A DNA stretch of 57,730 nt from a virus. Taxonomy: Duplodnaviria; Caudoviricetes. Where the stretch lies: positions 1-57,730 of IMG/VR virus record IMGVR_UViG_3300047457_000359; one strand, written 5' to 3'. Positions within the stretch are counted from its first letter, which is position 1. Each line of letters starts with the position of its first letter. A model generated the notes under the pieces. It saw nothing but the letters and a program-made list of their open reading frames with translations. It had not been told where the DNA came from and did no database searches. This document shows, one piece after another, positions 55,813-57,730 of this stretch. Position numbers and translations under genes: made by a program.

Positions 55813-56043
55813 ATGAAGCGCAGGTTTGAGAGCGACGAAGAGTACGAAGACTACTTGTGGAGCAAGCGTCGCTGTACCTGCAATGTCGGTTGGAACTGGG
55901 AGAACGGACCGTGCGACTATTGCACGGACGATCGGTGCGAAGACTGTCGGCACGAATCGGGATCATGCCCCGACGATTGCTACTGCGGGTGCAACGACAA
56001 TGTTGACCCTGAAGACGAAGATCCCGACAACCAGGAGTGTTGA
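55813..56043 (+). CDS. Cys-rich acidic small protein
   Basis: 11 Cys in 76 aa. Confidence 0.55.
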   Translation: MKRRFESDEEYEDYLWSKRRCTCNVGWNWENGPCDYCTDDRCEDCRHESGSCPDDCYCGCNDNVDPEDEDPDNQEC

Positions 56044-56114
56044 CGCTCGGAGACGCAGTACGGAGAAGGCCGTAGTTGAAACGGTGACAGGTTCGGGTAC
56101 CTGTATCCCAGGGT

Positions 56115-56405
56115 TTAGCCCCCGATGACTAAGACATGCAGAACCGCAGTCGTAGTCTTTGCGATCCCGTAGAACTTGTCCTTCCAGGTGTACTCGCCCG
56201 ACAGAGTGTATGACTCGTCGGCGTCCAAGTGGATCCCGAAGTTGGTGTTTGTCACGCCAGGGCCGCCGATCATCGCCACATCGTTGTTCTGCTTGTCTGT
56301 ATTGAAGATGATGGTCACCCCCCGACGCTGGCTCTCGGTGTCGTTCAGCCCGACCAGTTCCTGAGCAGTAGTGGTGAGGTTGAATGTGTAGTGACGGACA
56401 GCCAT
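56115..56405 (-). CDS. Small beta-rich protein, possibly a virion component
   Basis: Lone minus-strand ORF; IGGPGVT..NFG..L pattern; start refined to 56405. Confidence 0.6.
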   Translation of the reverse strand: MAVRHYTFNLTTTAQELVGLNDTESQRRGVTIIFNTDKQNNDVAMIGGPGVTNTNFGIHLDADESYTLSGEYTWKDKFYGIAKTTTAVLHVLVIGG

Positions 56406-56520
56406 GTACGCAAAGTAGCACACGGGATCATAAGCAGCCATTGACGCAGCACGGAGAAGGCCGCAGGCGTTCATCAAGAAAGGTCGCCTACCTGTACCCC
56501 AGGATCCTGTATTGGTGCAG

Positions 56521-56574
56521 TGTGACCTACTTCACATAACCCCCCCTTGACTTATGTCGCAAGTTGATTACGGT
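56521..56574 (+). promoter_or_regulatory. CRP-like box + promoter (copy 6)
   Basis: TGTGA-CCTACT-TCACA, TAACCCC, TTGACT-N16-TACGGT; GGAAAGGAG RBS. Confidence 0.8.
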
Positions 56575-56605
56575 CGTCTCCGTGATCAAGGGAAAGGAGT
56601 CACAG

Positions 56606-57345
56606 TTGAAGTTGGAAATGGAGGAGTTGTTCCAGCGAGCAGCCCTCGCAGGAGTCCAGGCGGGAGACACCGTTTGCGTGGATGGCAAGGAAGTCGTTGC
56701 CAAGCATGTGCTGTTCTACGGCGATGGAAGCATTGAAGTCGGCTACCTGTCGGAGTCGGGCGAGTTCCACTACGGATGGTTCAAGAAGGGAGAGGAAGTT
56801 GTCGCAGTCTGAGGAGTTGGACCTGGTCAAGAAGGTCCAGACCACATGCCCACTGTGCGGTGAGCGCACCGTCGGTTGGGACTTTGTGATCATTGGCTAC
56901 TGGAGTCCAGAGGAAGTCTGGTACGGAGCCTGTGGATGCAAGATCTACGGGTTTGAGGAAGGACTCGCAGCACTGGGGATCCCCAAGGAGGAATGGTGTC
57001 AGTACTGACGGAGCATTGCGAGGGCATGCAGGGCTTTGAAGGCTGGTACCTGCTGGAAGTCGGATTGACCCCAGTTGTGTACAGCAAGAACAAGCAGTTC
57101 GTGGAAATGATCGCTGCGCACAAGCGTCAGCAGGGAGAGCAAGTGTTGGTCGTGTTCAAGGAGGCGGCGTGAGCAAGATGAAAGAAGCCCTGTACCAAGC
57201 CCAGGAAGACAAGGCGGTGTTGGCACCGTTGTGGGCGGAGATGGCACGGGATCAGTTGGACAAGTTGATGGCGGAAGGTGTGCCAGTCCAGGAAGCAGTC
57301 GGGATCATCAAGTTGTACATCAAGCAGTTGGTGAACCCCGTTTAG
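56606..57345 (+). CDS. Four small overlapping hypothetical genes (56606-56812, 56799-57008, 56993-57172, 57169-57345)
   Basis: RBS and overlap pattern; partly read by hand. Confidence 0.5.
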
Positions 57346-57385
57346 ATCGTTCAGCCACCAGGCTGGAGGAAAGGAAAGAAAGACA

Positions 57386-57730
57386 ATGAAGGCAGTGGAT
57401 TTGGCGGAGGCATTCGTCAAGATGATGGAGGAAGGCACGGAACCGCAGGAAGCGCAGTTGTTCGGACTGTCCCCCGATGGGTTCGTACCGATCGCCAAGA
57501 GCGAGGATGTGTACGGCCTGCTGGACATGACGATCATGGTCAAGTACGAAGGACTCGGCTTGTTGACCACTGGTTGGGCCGCACCGCTTGACGAGAACGG
57601 CGAGGTGGACGGGATCCCCAGCCAGCACCCTGGTCGCAAGCGAGTGATCCTGTTCTCCTGCTACAAGAAGGGCAGCGAGCACCCCGAAGTGCTAGACAAG
57701 GGATCGTGCTTGAAGTTTGGGGATCAGGAG
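57386..57730 (+). CDS. 3'-truncated hypothetical protein
   Basis: Strong RBS; TTGWAAPL...PSQHP.R.RV.L; frame open to the window end. Confidence 0.65.
   Translation, partial: MKAVDLAEAFVKMMEEGTEPQEAQLFGLSPDGFVPIAKSEDVYGLLDMTIMVKYEGLGLLTTGWAAPLDENGEVDGIPSQHPGRKRVILFSCYKKGSEHPEVLDKGSCLKFGDQE

Noticed and set aside
1-57730. Direct circular join of the two window ends
   Set aside because: Both terminal ORFs are truncated, joining them gives no sensible reading frame, and I saw no terminal repeat.

Overview
This window is most of the genome of a tailed dsDNA phage with siphovirus-like organisation. The host is very probably an actinobacterium, based on a WhiB-family gene, high GC and a mycobacteriophage-type GGGAAAA tail-chaperone frameshift. 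Both ends cut through ORFs. Gene order: motif-sharing head-cargo-like genes (1-2.3 kb); an accessory island; portal; MuF fused to a RelA/SpoT-like toxin plus a likely immunity gene; prohead protease; Dps; scaffold; capsid; a fibre block; neck and tail genes; tape measure; tail tip; lysis; recombination and replication genes; a split SNF2 helicase; amidoligase and glutamine amidotransferase; WhiB; a ParB/glycosyltransferase/methyltransferase/WbqC/PIG-L cluster; terminase; and a second accessory island. I saw no integrase, DNA polymerase, tRNA or CRISPR array. The most unusual signals are: (1) an 18-aa His-rich tag (KHPGHADQSVHGNGGKNS), conserved at protein level, in front of four unrelated domains; (2) six dispersed promoters carrying a CRP-type TGTGA-N6-TCACA box; (3) apparent absence of 9 of the 16 four-base palindromes together with strong GGGATC enrichment; (4) the modification cluster; (5) a prohead protease whose last conserved strand seems to sit on the scaffold. 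All family assignments come from motif recognition by eye; no searches were run.
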